Positions 52,704 to 62,191 of a stretch of DNA of 64,000 bases are shown piece by piece (positions within the stretch are counted from its first letter, which is position 1; the number at the start of each line of letters is the position of its first letter). Both the position numbers and the translations under genes were made by a program. This stretch comes from an uncultured Bacilli bacterium (lineage in GTDB: Bacteria > Bacillota_I > Bacilli_A > RF39 > UBA660), in assembly GCA_947629165.1 (NCBI GenBank), contig CANRCR010000002.1:4845-68844 (forward strand). The letters are read 5' to 3'. The notes beneath the pieces are model-generated. The model saw only the letters and a list, made by a program, of their open reading frames with translations. It did not search any database and was not told the DNA's origin.

Positions 52704-52732
52704 TTGACGAGAAAAAATGAAGTATTTATAAT
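52704..52732 (+). promoter_or_regulatory. Consensus-like sigma-A promoter upstream of the six-paralog array.
   Basis: TTGACG (52704-09), 17 nt spacer, TATAAT (52727-32). Confidence 0.55.
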
Positions 52733-52771
52733 AGAGTGTTATCGAATTAGGCCGATAGAATGAGGTGGACG

Positions 52772-53647
52772 ATGACAAAAGTGGAATTGACTTTACTCGA
52801 TCGAAATCAATTAATGGGAAAAAGTTGTTTAAAAGTTATTAATTCCTATGGCAGAAAGGCATCCATTACTGATTTAGCGATTTTAATGGGTGGTTTTGTT
52901 TCTTGTGACGACTATACGAGAGAAGAAAAAGATCAATCGATGGCTTGTGGAAAATATTGGACACGTACGATTTCTCCGGAACAGAAAGTAACCTATATCG
53001 ATAGCAACAGTTTAGATTGGGAATCGGAGATGTACTATCGTAACCGGTCCATTCGTCCTATGATAGAAAAAATAGAGTGGACGAGTGCTTTAAAATCAAA
53101 AGTAAAAATCGATTCACTTGGAATTCCAGAAATAAATTTGGGAAGTTATCCGCAACAAATCGTCGATGATAAACAAAATACCGTTTTAGAGTTCCTTTAC
53201 CATGCCGGCTATTTGATGAAAACAAAAAAACATTACACTTTTGATGACATAGAACATCACCGGGATTTCGAAACCGGTTTTACCTCTGTTATCTATCCGA
53301 GTTACCAATTAGAAAACGATACCTTTATCCGTGTATTAGGACATCCCGATGCTGGGTTTTATCTATCGAATAGTAAATCGGTCGAAATAGGGAAACCGTA
53401 CTGGATAAAAATAAGCCCTGTCGCTTGGCTTGTAGACGAAACTACAGGTATATTAATTTCCAAACGAAATTTATTATCTGGAATTCATTTTGCTAAAAAG
53501 AATAGCCAAGTAAACACTTTCGAAGACAGTTTCTTAAAAGAATACCTAGATACCTATATGCAAAAAGAATTGCTAATAGAAATATCTCCGACCTCTATTT
53601 TGGAAGAAAATCCGAAATTAAAACAGTTTATTTATCGAAAATACTAA
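52772..53647 (+). CDS. Paralog 1 of a tandem six-member uncharacterised family.
   Basis: Shared family motifs LTLL, GIRP-like, WIKISPVAWLVD, SKRNLLSG, C-terminal KQFIYRK. Start could instead be 52760. Confidence 0.6.
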   Translation: MTKVELTLLDRNQLMGKSCLKVINSYGRKASITDLAILMGGFVSCDDYTREEKDQSMACGKYWTRTISPEQKVTYIDSNSLDWESEMYYRNRSIRPMIEKIEWTSALKSKVKIDSLGIPEINLGSYPQQIVDDKQNTVLEFLYHAGYLMKTKKHYTFDDIEHHRDFETGFTSVIYPSYQLENDTFIRVLGHPDAGFYLSNSKSVEIGKPYWIKISPVAWLVDETTGILISKRNLLSGIHFAKKNSQVNTFEDSFLKEYLDTYMQKELLIEISPTSILEENPKLKQFIYRKY

Positions 53648-53672
53648 AGAACAAATGAAAGGAAGTGCTCGT

Positions 53673-54548
53673 ATGAACAATATCACCTTAACCCTTTTAA
53701 CATTAAAACAAGCCGATCGAACGGATGGTCTTCAAGTACTTCGTAAAGCAGGACCTGCTTTTCATACCGATTTAAGTATTTTGAACAGTGTATATCGCGT
53801 AAGAGAAAACTATTATACCAATGCTTTTGAAGACGAGCCTTTTGACTATTTCAGTTCCTTTTTTACGAAAACAGAAGATGGTGATTTAGATGTCTATTGT
53901 TATGATGAGATACAATCAACGGCCGTTTATCGTTGGGCAACCGATCGTGGAATTCGTCCGGTAATTAATGATCCCAAACTCTACGATGCCCTTGTTCAAA
54001 AGAGAAAACCAGGACGAAATGGAACCTACGAAGTGGAATTTGGAGTTTATCCACAGTACTTTGCTTCCATCGAAACAGGTAATGAGCTAGAGATGCGATA
54101 TGAATGTAATGACTTAATTACGACTGATAAAAAATATACGATTATGCATCCAACAGGATCAGGAGAAATGCACCCAGTCGCTTTGGAAGAATATCCCGAA
54201 TACGAATACCAAAATGATTATTATATCCGGTACACCGCATTTGATGAAAGTGCTGTCTTTGCTAGCAATGGTCAAGCTGTTTTGAGAGATAATGATTATT
54301 GGATTAAAGTAAGTCCTGTGCTTTGGTTACTAGATGAAGAAACTAAATTACTTATTTCTAAACGTAGTTTAGTTTCGGGAGTTCGTTTTAATAGTAAACC
54401 ATATTCCGGTGATTTTGAAACTACGGAAGTCAAACAATTTATAGACACCTATCTTACTCCGAATCTTTTTGATAAATCTGAACCGAAAGATCGGGTACTA
54501 AAACAAAATGAATCGCTAAAACAGTTTATTTATCGTAAAAATATATAA
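53673..54548 (+). CDS. Paralog 2 of the six-member family.
   Basis: NITLTLL; GIRPVIND; YPQY; WIKVSPVLWLLDEETKLLISKRSL; NESLKQFIYRK. RBS AAAGGAAG precedes ATG 53673; 53655 also possible. Confidence 0.6.
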   Translation: MNNITLTLLTLKQADRTDGLQVLRKAGPAFHTDLSILNSVYRVRENYYTNAFEDEPFDYFSSFFTKTEDGDLDVYCYDEIQSTAVYRWATDRGIRPVINDPKLYDALVQKRKPGRNGTYEVEFGVYPQYFASIETGNELEMRYECNDLITTDKKYTIMHPTGSGEMHPVALEEYPEYEYQNDYYIRYTAFDESAVFASNGQAVLRDNDYWIKVSPVLWLLDEETKLLISKRSLVSGVRFNSKPYSGDFETTEVKQFIDTYLTPNLFDKSEPKDRVLKQNESLKQFIYRKNI

Positions 54549-54564
54549 AAATGAAGGAATACTT

Positions 54565-55464
54565 ATGGAACCAAATATAAAATTGATTTGCCTATCAAAA
54601 AGTCGATTATCGAGTTATCCCAACTCGTCCTTAATAAGAACAGGACGTTGTTTTAGTACGGATTTAAATGCTTTATTAGGAACGGTAAAAGCAAACGATA
54701 GCGAATCCTATCAAGACGAACCACTTCGTATGGTTGGAAGATATTGGCTTACGACGCCCGATGATGATAGTGATGTCTATACTTCGGCTGCTACAATTAG
54801 GGATAGTGAAGAATTTGCCCCTACCTATCGTTGGTCAAAAAAATCGGGTATACGTCCTGTTATCGATAATAAAGAAATTTATGATGAATTATTTTATCAA
54901 CGACAAAGTGGAAGAAATGGAACCTACGAAGTGGCCTATGGCACCTATCCACAGTATTGTGAAACTATTGAAAAAGAGAAAATACTCGAAGAAAAATATC
55001 ACGAAGGAAAACTCGAAATAACCGATAAAGTGTATACCTTTCAAAACACGAAATATCTAGGAGAAAACGATGATTTTGTCCCCCAAGCATATAAACAATA
55101 TTATTATCAAGGAAACTACTATATTCGGTTTGTTGCTCCCCAAAATTTAAACTTTTTGCTTTCAAATAAACAACCCATATACCAAGGTACACCCGTCTGG
55201 ATAAAAGTAAGTCCTGTTATGTGGTTCTTGGATGAAGAATTTGAGCGATTAGTATCCAAACGAATTTTAATAAGTGGTATTCAATTTAATCGTAATCCTT
55301 ATTTTGGAGATTTTGAAAAAACCATTTTATATAGATATATGAATATGATTTTAAATGCGGATCTCTTTGATAAAAGACTAAATCAAAAGAATAAAGTTAT
55401 TTCAGAAAATGAAAGTTTAAAAAAATTGATTTATCGTAAATTACCTTATAAGAAAGAGGATTGA
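54565..55464 (+). CDS. Paralog 3 of the six-member family.
   Basis: YWLTT; GIRPVIDN; YPQY; WIKVSPVMWFLDEE; SKRIL; NESLKKLIYRK. Confidence 0.6.
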   Translation: MEPNIKLICLSKSRLSSYPNSSLIRTGRCFSTDLNALLGTVKANDSESYQDEPLRMVGRYWLTTPDDDSDVYTSAATIRDSEEFAPTYRWSKKSGIRPVIDNKEIYDELFYQRQSGRNGTYEVAYGTYPQYCETIEKEKILEEKYHEGKLEITDKVYTFQNTKYLGENDDFVPQAYKQYYYQGNYYIRFVAPQNLNFLLSNKQPIYQGTPVWIKVSPVMWFLDEEFERLVSKRILISGIQFNRNPYFGDFEKTILYRYMNMILNADLFDKRLNQKNKVISENESLKKLIYRKLPYKKED

Positions 55465-55466
55465 GT

Positions 55467-56351
55467 ATGAGTGAAATCGATTTAACACTTTTATCTAAAA
55501 AGGAAGTATTTGGTCCCGGCGGTTTAGATATATTTAGAAAGCATTCAGCAAAAGCTTATCTTACTGATTTTGGATATGTTACAGGAGCCGAGAATACCCA
55601 TTACTATACGGAAGATGAAACCGTTTCCGAGATGGATGATCGACCCCTTCGAATTACGGCTGATTACTGGCTACGTTCTTCGAATCCTTACGGATATCCC
55701 CATTTTGTTTATCTTAATGGTAGCATCGACAGTATCTATGGCGGATTGTTAACTAAAGGAATTCGTCCGATAATTCAAAATCCTACCTGCTTTGATGAAT
55801 GGATGTCAAATCTTACTCCCGAGGAATTACAAAAAGGCGAATTTATTTACGGAACTTACCCACAATGGTTGGTTCCAACGGAAAAGGCCTGGTTGCTCGA
55901 AAGAAATTTTAACCGTGGACTTTTAGATAAAACAAGAAAGACTTATACCATCAACGGCTATAAAAAAGAACTATTTTACCCGTTATCGATAAATGAATAC
56001 AGTTTCGAAGAAGAAAAATATGTGCGGGTTGTTTGTGAACACTATTCACCTTATAACTTTTTGTGTGATTCCAATTATCAAATGATCGATCGAAACATTG
56101 CTTGGATAAAAGTAAGTCCTGTCTATTGGATGATTGATTTTCCAAGTAAAACCCTCGTATCGAAACGCGTTTTATTAGGAGGAATTCCTTTTTATAAAAC
56201 AAGTAAAAAAGAATTTGCGTCGTCCGAAATAAAAACGTTTTTAGATAGATACATGAGTGCTGACTTATTTGACCAAGCAAGATACTCGAAAGATGGAATC
56301 TTATCTCAAAATGAAACTTTAAAAAAGTTAATTTACCGAAAAAAACTTTAA
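55467..56351 (+). CDS. Paralog 4 of the six-member family.
   Basis: MSEIDLTLL; YWLRSS; GIRPIIQN; YPQW; WIKVSPVYWMID; SKRVLLGG; NETLKKLIYRK. Confidence 0.6.
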   Translation: MSEIDLTLLSKKEVFGPGGLDIFRKHSAKAYLTDFGYVTGAENTHYYTEDETVSEMDDRPLRITADYWLRSSNPYGYPHFVYLNGSIDSIYGGLLTKGIRPIIQNPTCFDEWMSNLTPEELQKGEFIYGTYPQWLVPTEKAWLLERNFNRGLLDKTRKTYTINGYKKELFYPLSINEYSFEEEKYVRVVCEHYSPYNFLCDSNYQMIDRNIAWIKVSPVYWMIDFPSKTLVSKRVLLGGIPFYKTSKKEFASSEIKTFLDRYMSADLFDQARYSKDGILSQNETLKKLIYRKKL

Positions 56352-56367
56352 GAAAGGAGCAATAAAT

Positions 56368-57249
56368 ATGGATGTGAATTTAGGCTTAATAACGACACGT
56401 TATATTAGACCTGGAAAAAATCAATTAGAAATCTTTTCCAAATATCATGCGGTATCTTCTGCAACCGATTTATATCTCCTTACCGGTGGTCATTATTATA
56501 AGACGGGTTCTAGGGATCCAGATAAAAGAATGTTAAGTGCTTATTGGTTAGCTAATTCCGATAGTGATGGCGATGTTTTAATTATGAAAAATGACACCCC
56601 AAATACGTTTGCAGCAATTCGAGGTGATGCTCGTGTTGGTATACGTCCTATGTTTCAAGCGGATAGCGAATTGATCGAAAGAATCCAACCGGAAGAACCG
56701 AATCAAGATGGAGTTTTCGAAGTGGAATTTGGAAATTATCCCCAATTTCTTGAAAATGCGTACACTTCGATAGAATTAGAAGATGCGTATAAGAAAGACG
56801 GATTATGTGACACCCAAAAAACGTATACTTTTAATCAAGAAAATATTTCGATAAGCCAAAAAGGAATAACTCCCTTTAGTCCTGCTGTATATCACGAATA
56901 CGAATATAATAATCAAAAATATATCCGGTTTATTTCCTACGGAAACAACGAAAGTAGAGAAAGTGTCTATGGTAGGTCCTTAGAACGAAAAATTTATTGG
57001 CTTAAAGTAAGCCCTGTTATTTGGTTAATGGATCCTTCTACACAAATACTCGTATCGAAAAGAACTTTACTTGCTGGAATGCGTTTTAATAGAAAGTATT
57101 ATCGCGGAGACTTTTTATCTACGGAAATAAAAGCATATTTAGATCAGTATATGACCAAAGACTTATTTACGACGGAGGATGTTCCTAAAAATCGTATTTT
57201 AAGTGAGAACGATATGCTTAAAAATTTTGTTTATCGAAAGAAAGTGTAA
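56368..57249 (+). CDS. Paralog 5 of the six-member family.
   Basis: YWLANS; GIRPMFQ; YPQF; WLKVSPVIWLMD; SKRTLLAG; NDMLKNFVYRK. Confidence 0.6.
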   Translation: MDVNLGLITTRYIRPGKNQLEIFSKYHAVSSATDLYLLTGGHYYKTGSRDPDKRMLSAYWLANSDSDGDVLIMKNDTPNTFAAIRGDARVGIRPMFQADSELIERIQPEEPNQDGVFEVEFGNYPQFLENAYTSIELEDAYKKDGLCDTQKTYTFNQENISISQKGITPFSPAVYHEYEYNNQKYIRFISYGNNESRESVYGRSLERKIYWLKVSPVIWLMDPSTQILVSKRTLLAGMRFNRKYYRGDFLSTEIKAYLDQYMTKDLFTTEDVPKNRILSENDMLKNFVYRKKV

Positions 57250-57262
57250 AAGAAGGAAAGAT

Positions 57263-58150
57263 ATGGAAGATATTGATTTAACTTTATTAGAAGGATGCCA
57301 TGTAAGAGAAGGTAAACGCAAATTAGATGTTTTAAGAAAATATGGTATTTCAGCCGTAAATACAGACTTTTGCTTTTTAACGGGCTCGATAACATATGCA
57401 GGAATGAAACCAGATGAACCGGATGGATTTGACAAGGTGGGAGCCTACTGGTTACGGACTTCCGATAGTTATGGCGATAGTTATTATGTCGAAAATGATC
57501 GTGTCGAAAATAATGCGTTTCATGGAGATCGTTCATTTGGAATACGTCCAATTATCAATAATCCTATGTTGTATGATCGCCTGGAAGAAGAAAAAGAACC
57601 CGATGTGAAAGGAACTTTTTCTGTTGCCTTTGGCGAATATCCTCAATTTGCCGTTTCTAAAGACATAGAAGAAAAACTTGAAAGCTGTTATCAAAAGAAT
57701 CAAATAAAAACTACCAAAAAAAATTATGTTTACGATATTGGGTATGATGACTTTGATCCTCATACCCTCGAAGAGTACTATTTTGAAGATGAAAAATACG
57801 TTCGTATGGTTCCAAGGTATAATCGTAACCAGTTTTATCTTTCAAACGGGGTAGCCATGGCGGAAAATCAAGTTTTTTGGATAAAAGTAAGTCCGGTTAT
57901 TTGGTTATTAGATGAGAAGAAAAAACTACTTGTTTCCAAACGTTGTTTAGTAGGAGGGATTGCTTTTAATAACACCTATTATTACGGTTGCTTTGCCAAG
58001 ACAAATATAAAAAAGTATATGGATACCTATTTAACACCGAATATTTTTGATTCAATCGATTTAAAGAAAGATCAAATCTTATCGGAAAACGAAGCCTTAA
58101 AAAGTTTTGTTTATCGAAAAAATTTATTTCAAACGAGTAAGAGAAGATGA
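57263..58150 (+). CDS. Paralog 6 of the six-member family.
   Basis: MEDIDLTLL; YWLRTS; GIRPIINN; YPQF; WIKVSPVIWLLD; SKRCLVGG; NEALKSFVYRK. ATG 57263 with RBS AAGAAGGAAAG; the longer ORF from 57203 overlaps paralog 5. Confidence 0.6.
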   Translation: MEDIDLTLLEGCHVREGKRKLDVLRKYGISAVNTDFCFLTGSITYAGMKPDEPDGFDKVGAYWLRTSDSYGDSYYVENDRVENNAFHGDRSFGIRPIINNPMLYDRLEEEKEPDVKGTFSVAFGEYPQFAVSKDIEEKLESCYQKNQIKTTKKNYVYDIGYDDFDPHTLEEYYFEDEKYVRMVPRYNRNQFYLSNGVAMAENQVFWIKVSPVIWLLDEKKKLLVSKRCLVGGIAFNNTYYYGCFAKTNIKKYMDTYLTPNIFDSIDLKKDQILSENEALKSFVYRKNLFQTSKRR

Positions 58151-58175
58151 ATTGAAGTCTTCTTCTTTTTTTGAT
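58143..58175 (+). terminator. Intrinsic terminator closing the paralog array.
   Basis: GAAGATGA ... TCTTCTTC imperfect stem followed by TTTTTTTT. Confidence 0.55.
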
Positions 58176-58202
58176 ATAATGAATACAAGGTAGGATGGTA
58201 GT

Positions 58203-59303
58203 ATGAGTAAAAAAGAAAAAAAAGTAGATAAAAATGAAACAAAAGTAGATAAAAAAGGCAAAAAAAAGAAGGTTAATATAGTTTTAATTGCCATTATCGT
58301 AGGAGCAGGATTATTAATTGGTGTAGGAGCTTGGTTCCTATTGGGAGGAAATAATAAAGAAGATTTAAAAGAGGAAACGCCGGCTGTTGAGCCAACCCCA
58401 ACGCCGACACCGACACCTACATTAAAAATTGTTGATGTGAATAGTAAGAGTAGACCTTATGCAGTAATGATTGATAATAACGTAGGAAATAGTAACCATG
58501 TAGGATTATTAGATGCTTATCTCACTTATGAAATTATCGTCGAAGGTGGACTTACCCGTATTATGGCCGTGTATAAAGATACCAATACCGAATTGATTGG
58601 ACCGATTCGTAGTTCGAGACATTATTTTCTCGATTATGCTTTAGAAAATGGCGCTATATACGGACACTTTGGATGGAGTAGTTTTGCCCGTAATGATATT
58701 AGTGCTTTAAAAGTAAACAATATTAATGGAATGTCTAACGGTGGAAATGCTTATTGGCGAGATAAATCGATTGCTTCTCCACATAACGTATTTACTTCGA
58801 TGGAAAGTTTAAAGACAAGAGCGAGCGAATTAGGTTATCCTTTGACGGGAGATCAAGGACTACTATTAAATTATAGTATCGAAAACCTCGATATAAATGA
58901 AAAAGAAAATGCGGTCCCAGCGAATCAAGTGCTCGTTCGTTACAGTGCTTCGCAAACGCGAGGATATACGTACGATTCCGAAAATAAAGTTTATTTAAGA
59001 AATATGAATGGAAGTGCCCATGTCGATAAATTGAGTGGGACCCAATTAAGTTATAAAAATATTATCATCGAACAAGTAGAAAACTACACGCTCGATAAAA
59101 AAGGACATCAAGATTTAAGAAATATCAAATCTGGAAAAGGTTATTTTCTAACCAATGGATATGCGGTTCCAATTACTTGGAGTAAGAGTGCTCGTAAAGA
59201 TAAGACCGTCTACACTTATGCCGATGGAAGTGAAATTACCGTAAACGATGGACGAACCTTTATTCAAATTGTTCCTACATCTTACAATGTTGCTATCGAA
59301 TAA
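58203..59303 (+). CDS. DUF3048 (YerB-like) protein with N-terminal TM anchor and PT-rich linker.
   Basis: TM segment IVLIAIIVGAGLLIGVGAWFLLG; (PT)n linker; motif RPYAVMIDNN typical of DUF3048. Confidence 0.65.
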   Translation: MSKKEKKVDKNETKVDKKGKKKKVNIVLIAIIVGAGLLIGVGAWFLLGGNNKEDLKEETPAVEPTPTPTPTPTLKIVDVNSKSRPYAVMIDNNVGNSNHVGLLDAYLTYEIIVEGGLTRIMAVYKDTNTELIGPIRSSRHYFLDYALENGAIYGHFGWSSFARNDISALKVNNINGMSNGGNAYWRDKSIASPHNVFTSMESLKTRASELGYPLTGDQGLLLNYSIENLDINEKENAVPANQVLVRYSASQTRGYTYDSENKVYLRNMNGSAHVDKLSGTQLSYKNIIIEQVENYTLDKKGHQDLRNIKSGKGYFLTNGYAVPITWSKSARKDKTVYTYADGSEITVNDGRTFIQIVPTSYNVAIE

Positions 59304-59366
59304 GGATAAGAAAAGGCTAGAAATAGTCTTTTTGTTTTGTTATACTATTAGTAGGGTGGTGGTAGT

Positions 59367-60122
59367 ATGAAAGTTTTAATCACCGGAGCATCGAGTGGAA
59401 TTGGAAGAGATATGGCCAAATATTTAAGTAGTCAAGGCCACGAACTATTTTTAGTTGCGCGTGATAAAGCGAAATTAGAAGAATTACAGCAATCACTTAA
59501 AACAAGGACGACCATTATTGTTATGGATCTAACCGTCACAAGTAATGTGAAATCACTTTATGTCGTATGTAAAAATGAAAATATTGACCTTTTAATTAAC
59601 AACGCTGGCTTTGGCTTATGCGGTAATTTTACGGAGACCGATAATAATCGTGAACTCGAAATGATTGATTTAAATATTCGGGCAGTACATCTCTTAACCA
59701 AACTATTCTTAAAAGATATGAAACGTCGAAACCAAGGCTATATTTTAAACGTAGCTTCTTCGGCTGCTTTCTATCCAGGACCATTAATGGCTACTTACTA
59801 TGCTACTAAGGCCTATGTATTAAGATTAACCCAAGCTATTTACTATGAATTAAAAAAAGAAAAATCGAAAGTAGTAGTATCTTGTCTTTGTCCAGGACCA
59901 GTCGATACCAACTTTAATAAAGTGGCTAACGTTCATTTTTCAGTAAAACCCATGAAAAGTGAAAAGGTAGCAAAATATGCGATTGATCAACTTTTAAACA
60001 AACATAAATTGGTAATTGTTCCTGGATTTAAAATGAAATGTGCGCATTTCTTTAGCCGTTTTGTAAGTGATAAGACATTAATGCGTTTTGCCTATCGAAT
60101 TCAAAAGAAAAAAATGGAATAA
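59367..60122 (+). CDS. Short-chain dehydrogenase/reductase (SDR) family oxidoreductase.
   Basis: TGASSGIG cofactor motif; catalytic YxxxK (YYATKAY). Confidence 0.85.
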   Translation: MKVLITGASSGIGRDMAKYLSSQGHELFLVARDKAKLEELQQSLKTRTTIIVMDLTVTSNVKSLYVVCKNENIDLLINNAGFGLCGNFTETDNNRELEMIDLNIRAVHLLTKLFLKDMKRRNQGYILNVASSAAFYPGPLMATYYATKAYVLRLTQAIYYELKKEKSKVVVSCLCPGPVDTNFNKVANVHFSVKPMKSEKVAKYAIDQLLNKHKLVIVPGFKMKCAHFFSRFVSDKTLMRFAYRIQKKKME

Positions 60123-60148
60123 AATAGAGGGAAGAGAGGAAGAACAGA

Positions 60149-60589
60149 ATGAGTGAACTAAAATATTTAATTATTCCCGTAATCAGTGTCATTTTAGCCC
60201 AAATTGTAAAATTTTTGATAGAAACCATTATGACCCGTAAATTTGATTGGCCAAGATTATTTAATGGAAATGGAGGAATGCCAAGTTCGCATACGGCATT
60301 TACATTTTCGTTAGCCATGGCAGTGGGGCTCGGAGAAGGATTTAGTAGTGCCATCTTTGCAGTTGCTTTAATTCTTGCCTGCATTGTTGCCTACGATTCG
60401 ATGGGATTACGAATGGAAAGTGGAAAACAAGCGGTAGCCATTAACTTATTGATGGAAAAAACATTAAAAAAAGAAGAAAAAAAAGAGTATAAAAAATTGC
60501 AAGAACGACTCGGTCATAAACCACTTGAAGTCGTTGCCGGAGCCATCTTTGGTGCTTTTGTCGCCTATTTATTGATGATGGTTTTGTAG
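60149..60589 (+). CDS. Divergent PAP2-family membrane protein (YuiD-like).
   Basis: GMPSSHTAF motif; 3-4 TM helices. Confidence 0.7.
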   Translation: MSELKYLIIPVISVILAQIVKFLIETIMTRKFDWPRLFNGNGGMPSSHTAFTFSLAMAVGLGEGFSSAIFAVALILACIVAYDSMGLRMESGKQAVAINLLMEKTLKKEEKKEYKKLQERLGHKPLEVVAGAIFGAFVAYLLMMVL

Positions 60590-60612
60590 ATACCATTGAG
60601 GGGGAAATAAAA

Positions 60613-61278
60613 ATGGAAGAAAAAATATTAGATGAATTAGCAACTTTAGTATTACAACAGAAAATCGATATCGAAAGATATCCACAATTAAAACAAGATA
60701 TGAAAGACTTCGCCTATCAACAGTATGAAAGTACGCAAAACCATTACGAAGTAAAGTCGATGGGAACGAGAAAAGACTTAGATAATACGGTGGTGGATGG
60801 CTATTTCCAAGCCCACTACTTCGAAAGTTTAGGTCAATCTTGGAGGCCACTCGGCTATTTGAAAAAAGAATATCAACAAAAAGAAGAGGAAGGATTAAAT
60901 GAGTTTCTTGCCCCTTATTGTTTTGCAAGTGATCAGGAAAAAGAAGATTTTGATAAAGAACTAAAACATCAAATACTATCTATTTTAGCCTACGAAGGAA
61001 GTGGCACCATCGAAGAAGTGGTAGGAGAAGCTTACTTTCGGACAATGCTATTAACAGGCAAGGATTGGGTAACGGATCAACAAGAAGTAAAAAAGACTTA
61101 CTGGAAATATGCTGGAAAACCAGTTCCACTCGCAGAAGTTTATCAAATGAAACTAAATACGAGTGTAGAAAAACTAACCCAAGATGGACTTTGTACCCTA
61201 TTAGGGGATAACGGAGTAAAAAGAGACGTCGATTTAACGTACGAAGGTAGACAATACGTATATCATCCTAAAAGATAA
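60613..61278 (+). CDS. Hypothetical protein (221 aa).
   Basis: ORF followed by terminator hairpin AAGCAAT ATA ATTGCTT TTTT. Confidence 0.45.
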   Translation: MEEKILDELATLVLQQKIDIERYPQLKQDMKDFAYQQYESTQNHYEVKSMGTRKDLDNTVVDGYFQAHYFESLGQSWRPLGYLKKEYQQKEEEGLNEFLAPYCFASDQEKEDFDKELKHQILSILAYEGSGTIEEVVGEAYFRTMLLTGKDWVTDQQEVKKTYWKYAGKPVPLAEVYQMKLNTSVEKLTQDGLCTLLGDNGVKRDVDLTYEGRQYVYHPKR

Positions 61279-61325
61279 AGAAGCAATATAATTGCTTTTT
61301 TCTTTTGAAAAGAAAGAAAAAAGGA

Positions 61326-61354
61326 TTGAGTATCCCCGGCTTTTCGAGTATAAT
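61326..61354 (+). promoter_or_regulatory. Sigma-A-type promoter for ecfA1.
   Basis: TTGAGT (61326-31), 17 nt spacer, TATAAT (61349-54). Confidence 0.5.
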
Positions 61355-61381
61355 AATAGAACGAGAAAAAAGGTGTATGAG

Positions 61382-62191
61382 ATGAAGAGTATCATTCGCA
61401 TTACAAATCTAGATTTTTCTTATGAAAAAGAGAAAGTATTCTCTTCCTTTTCGATGGAAATTAAAGAAGGCTGCTTTACAACTATTATAGGACCGAACCA
61501 AAGCGGAAAAACAACCTTAATTAAATTGATGGCAGGATTACTTCCTAATCAAGAAAGTGTCATTTTAGAACATCAATACATCGAATCCGATAAAATGGAA
61601 AATGCAGCGCAAGAATTAGGCGTAGTGCTTTCCGATATTGAAAATAAATTTTTATTTAACGAAGTCTATCAGGAACTTTGTTATCCATTAGAAAACTTAA
61701 ACTACTCCAAAGAAGAAATCGAAAAAAGAATTCAAGAAATAAGTGATCTTTTGGAATTAGAACCTTTACTCGATAAACGAATCGAACGATTGACTTCGAC
61801 TGAAAAAAAGAAAGTGTTCTTTGCCCTTGCTCTTTTACACCATCCTAAACTTTTACTATTAGATAATCCTTTTGCAGGACTTACTGAAAAAGAACGCGAA
61901 AAGATGCGAAAACTCTTAAAAAAACTAAATCAAAAAGAAGCGATGACCATTGTTTTAGCGACTAACAATTTGACCGATATTTTAGAAAGTGATTATGTCT
62001 ATGTGCTAAATAAAGGAAAAATTTGTATGGAAGGAGAACCTTTGTCGGTTTTACAAGAAGAAAAAATCTTAAATCAAATCGGTTTAGAACTTCCATTTAT
62101 GGTAGATCTTTCACTAAAACTCAAGTTTTACGAAGTGTATGATCGAATTGAGACAGATATGGATCGGATGGTGAATGATCTATGGAAATAA
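61382..62191 (+). CDS. ecfA1: ECF-transporter-type ABC ATPase EcfA1 homolog, with degenerate catalytic motifs.
   Basis: Walker A GPNQSGKTT is intact. Signature is LTSTEKKK (not LSGGQ), Walker B LLLLDNP (no catalytic Glu), H-loop position has Asn. Synteny rplQ...ecfA-ecfA-ecfT-truA. ATG 61382 with RBS AAAAAGGTG. Confidence 0.7.
   Translation: MKSIIRITNLDFSYEKEKVFSSFSMEIKEGCFTTIIGPNQSGKTTLIKLMAGLLPNQESVILEHQYIESDKMENAAQELGVVLSDIENKFLFNEVYQELCYPLENLNYSKEEIEKRIQEISDLLELEPLLDKRIERLTSTEKKKVFFALALLHHPKLLLLDNPFAGLTEKEREKMRKLLKKLNQKEAMTIVLATNNLTDILESDYVYVLNKGKICMEGEPLSVLQEEKILNQIGLELPFMVDLSLKLKFYEVYDRIETDMDRMVNDLWK

Noticed and set aside
61292-61381. Extended N-terminus of ecfA1 in the ORF track (MLFSFEKKEK...). 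Likewise, the long N-terminal extensions of 24936, 26213, 30802, 31883, 37281, 45153 and 57203 were rejected.
   Set aside because: The extensions run through terminator and promoter sequence or overlap the upstream gene. In each case an internal ATG with a good RBS gives the canonical conserved N-terminus.
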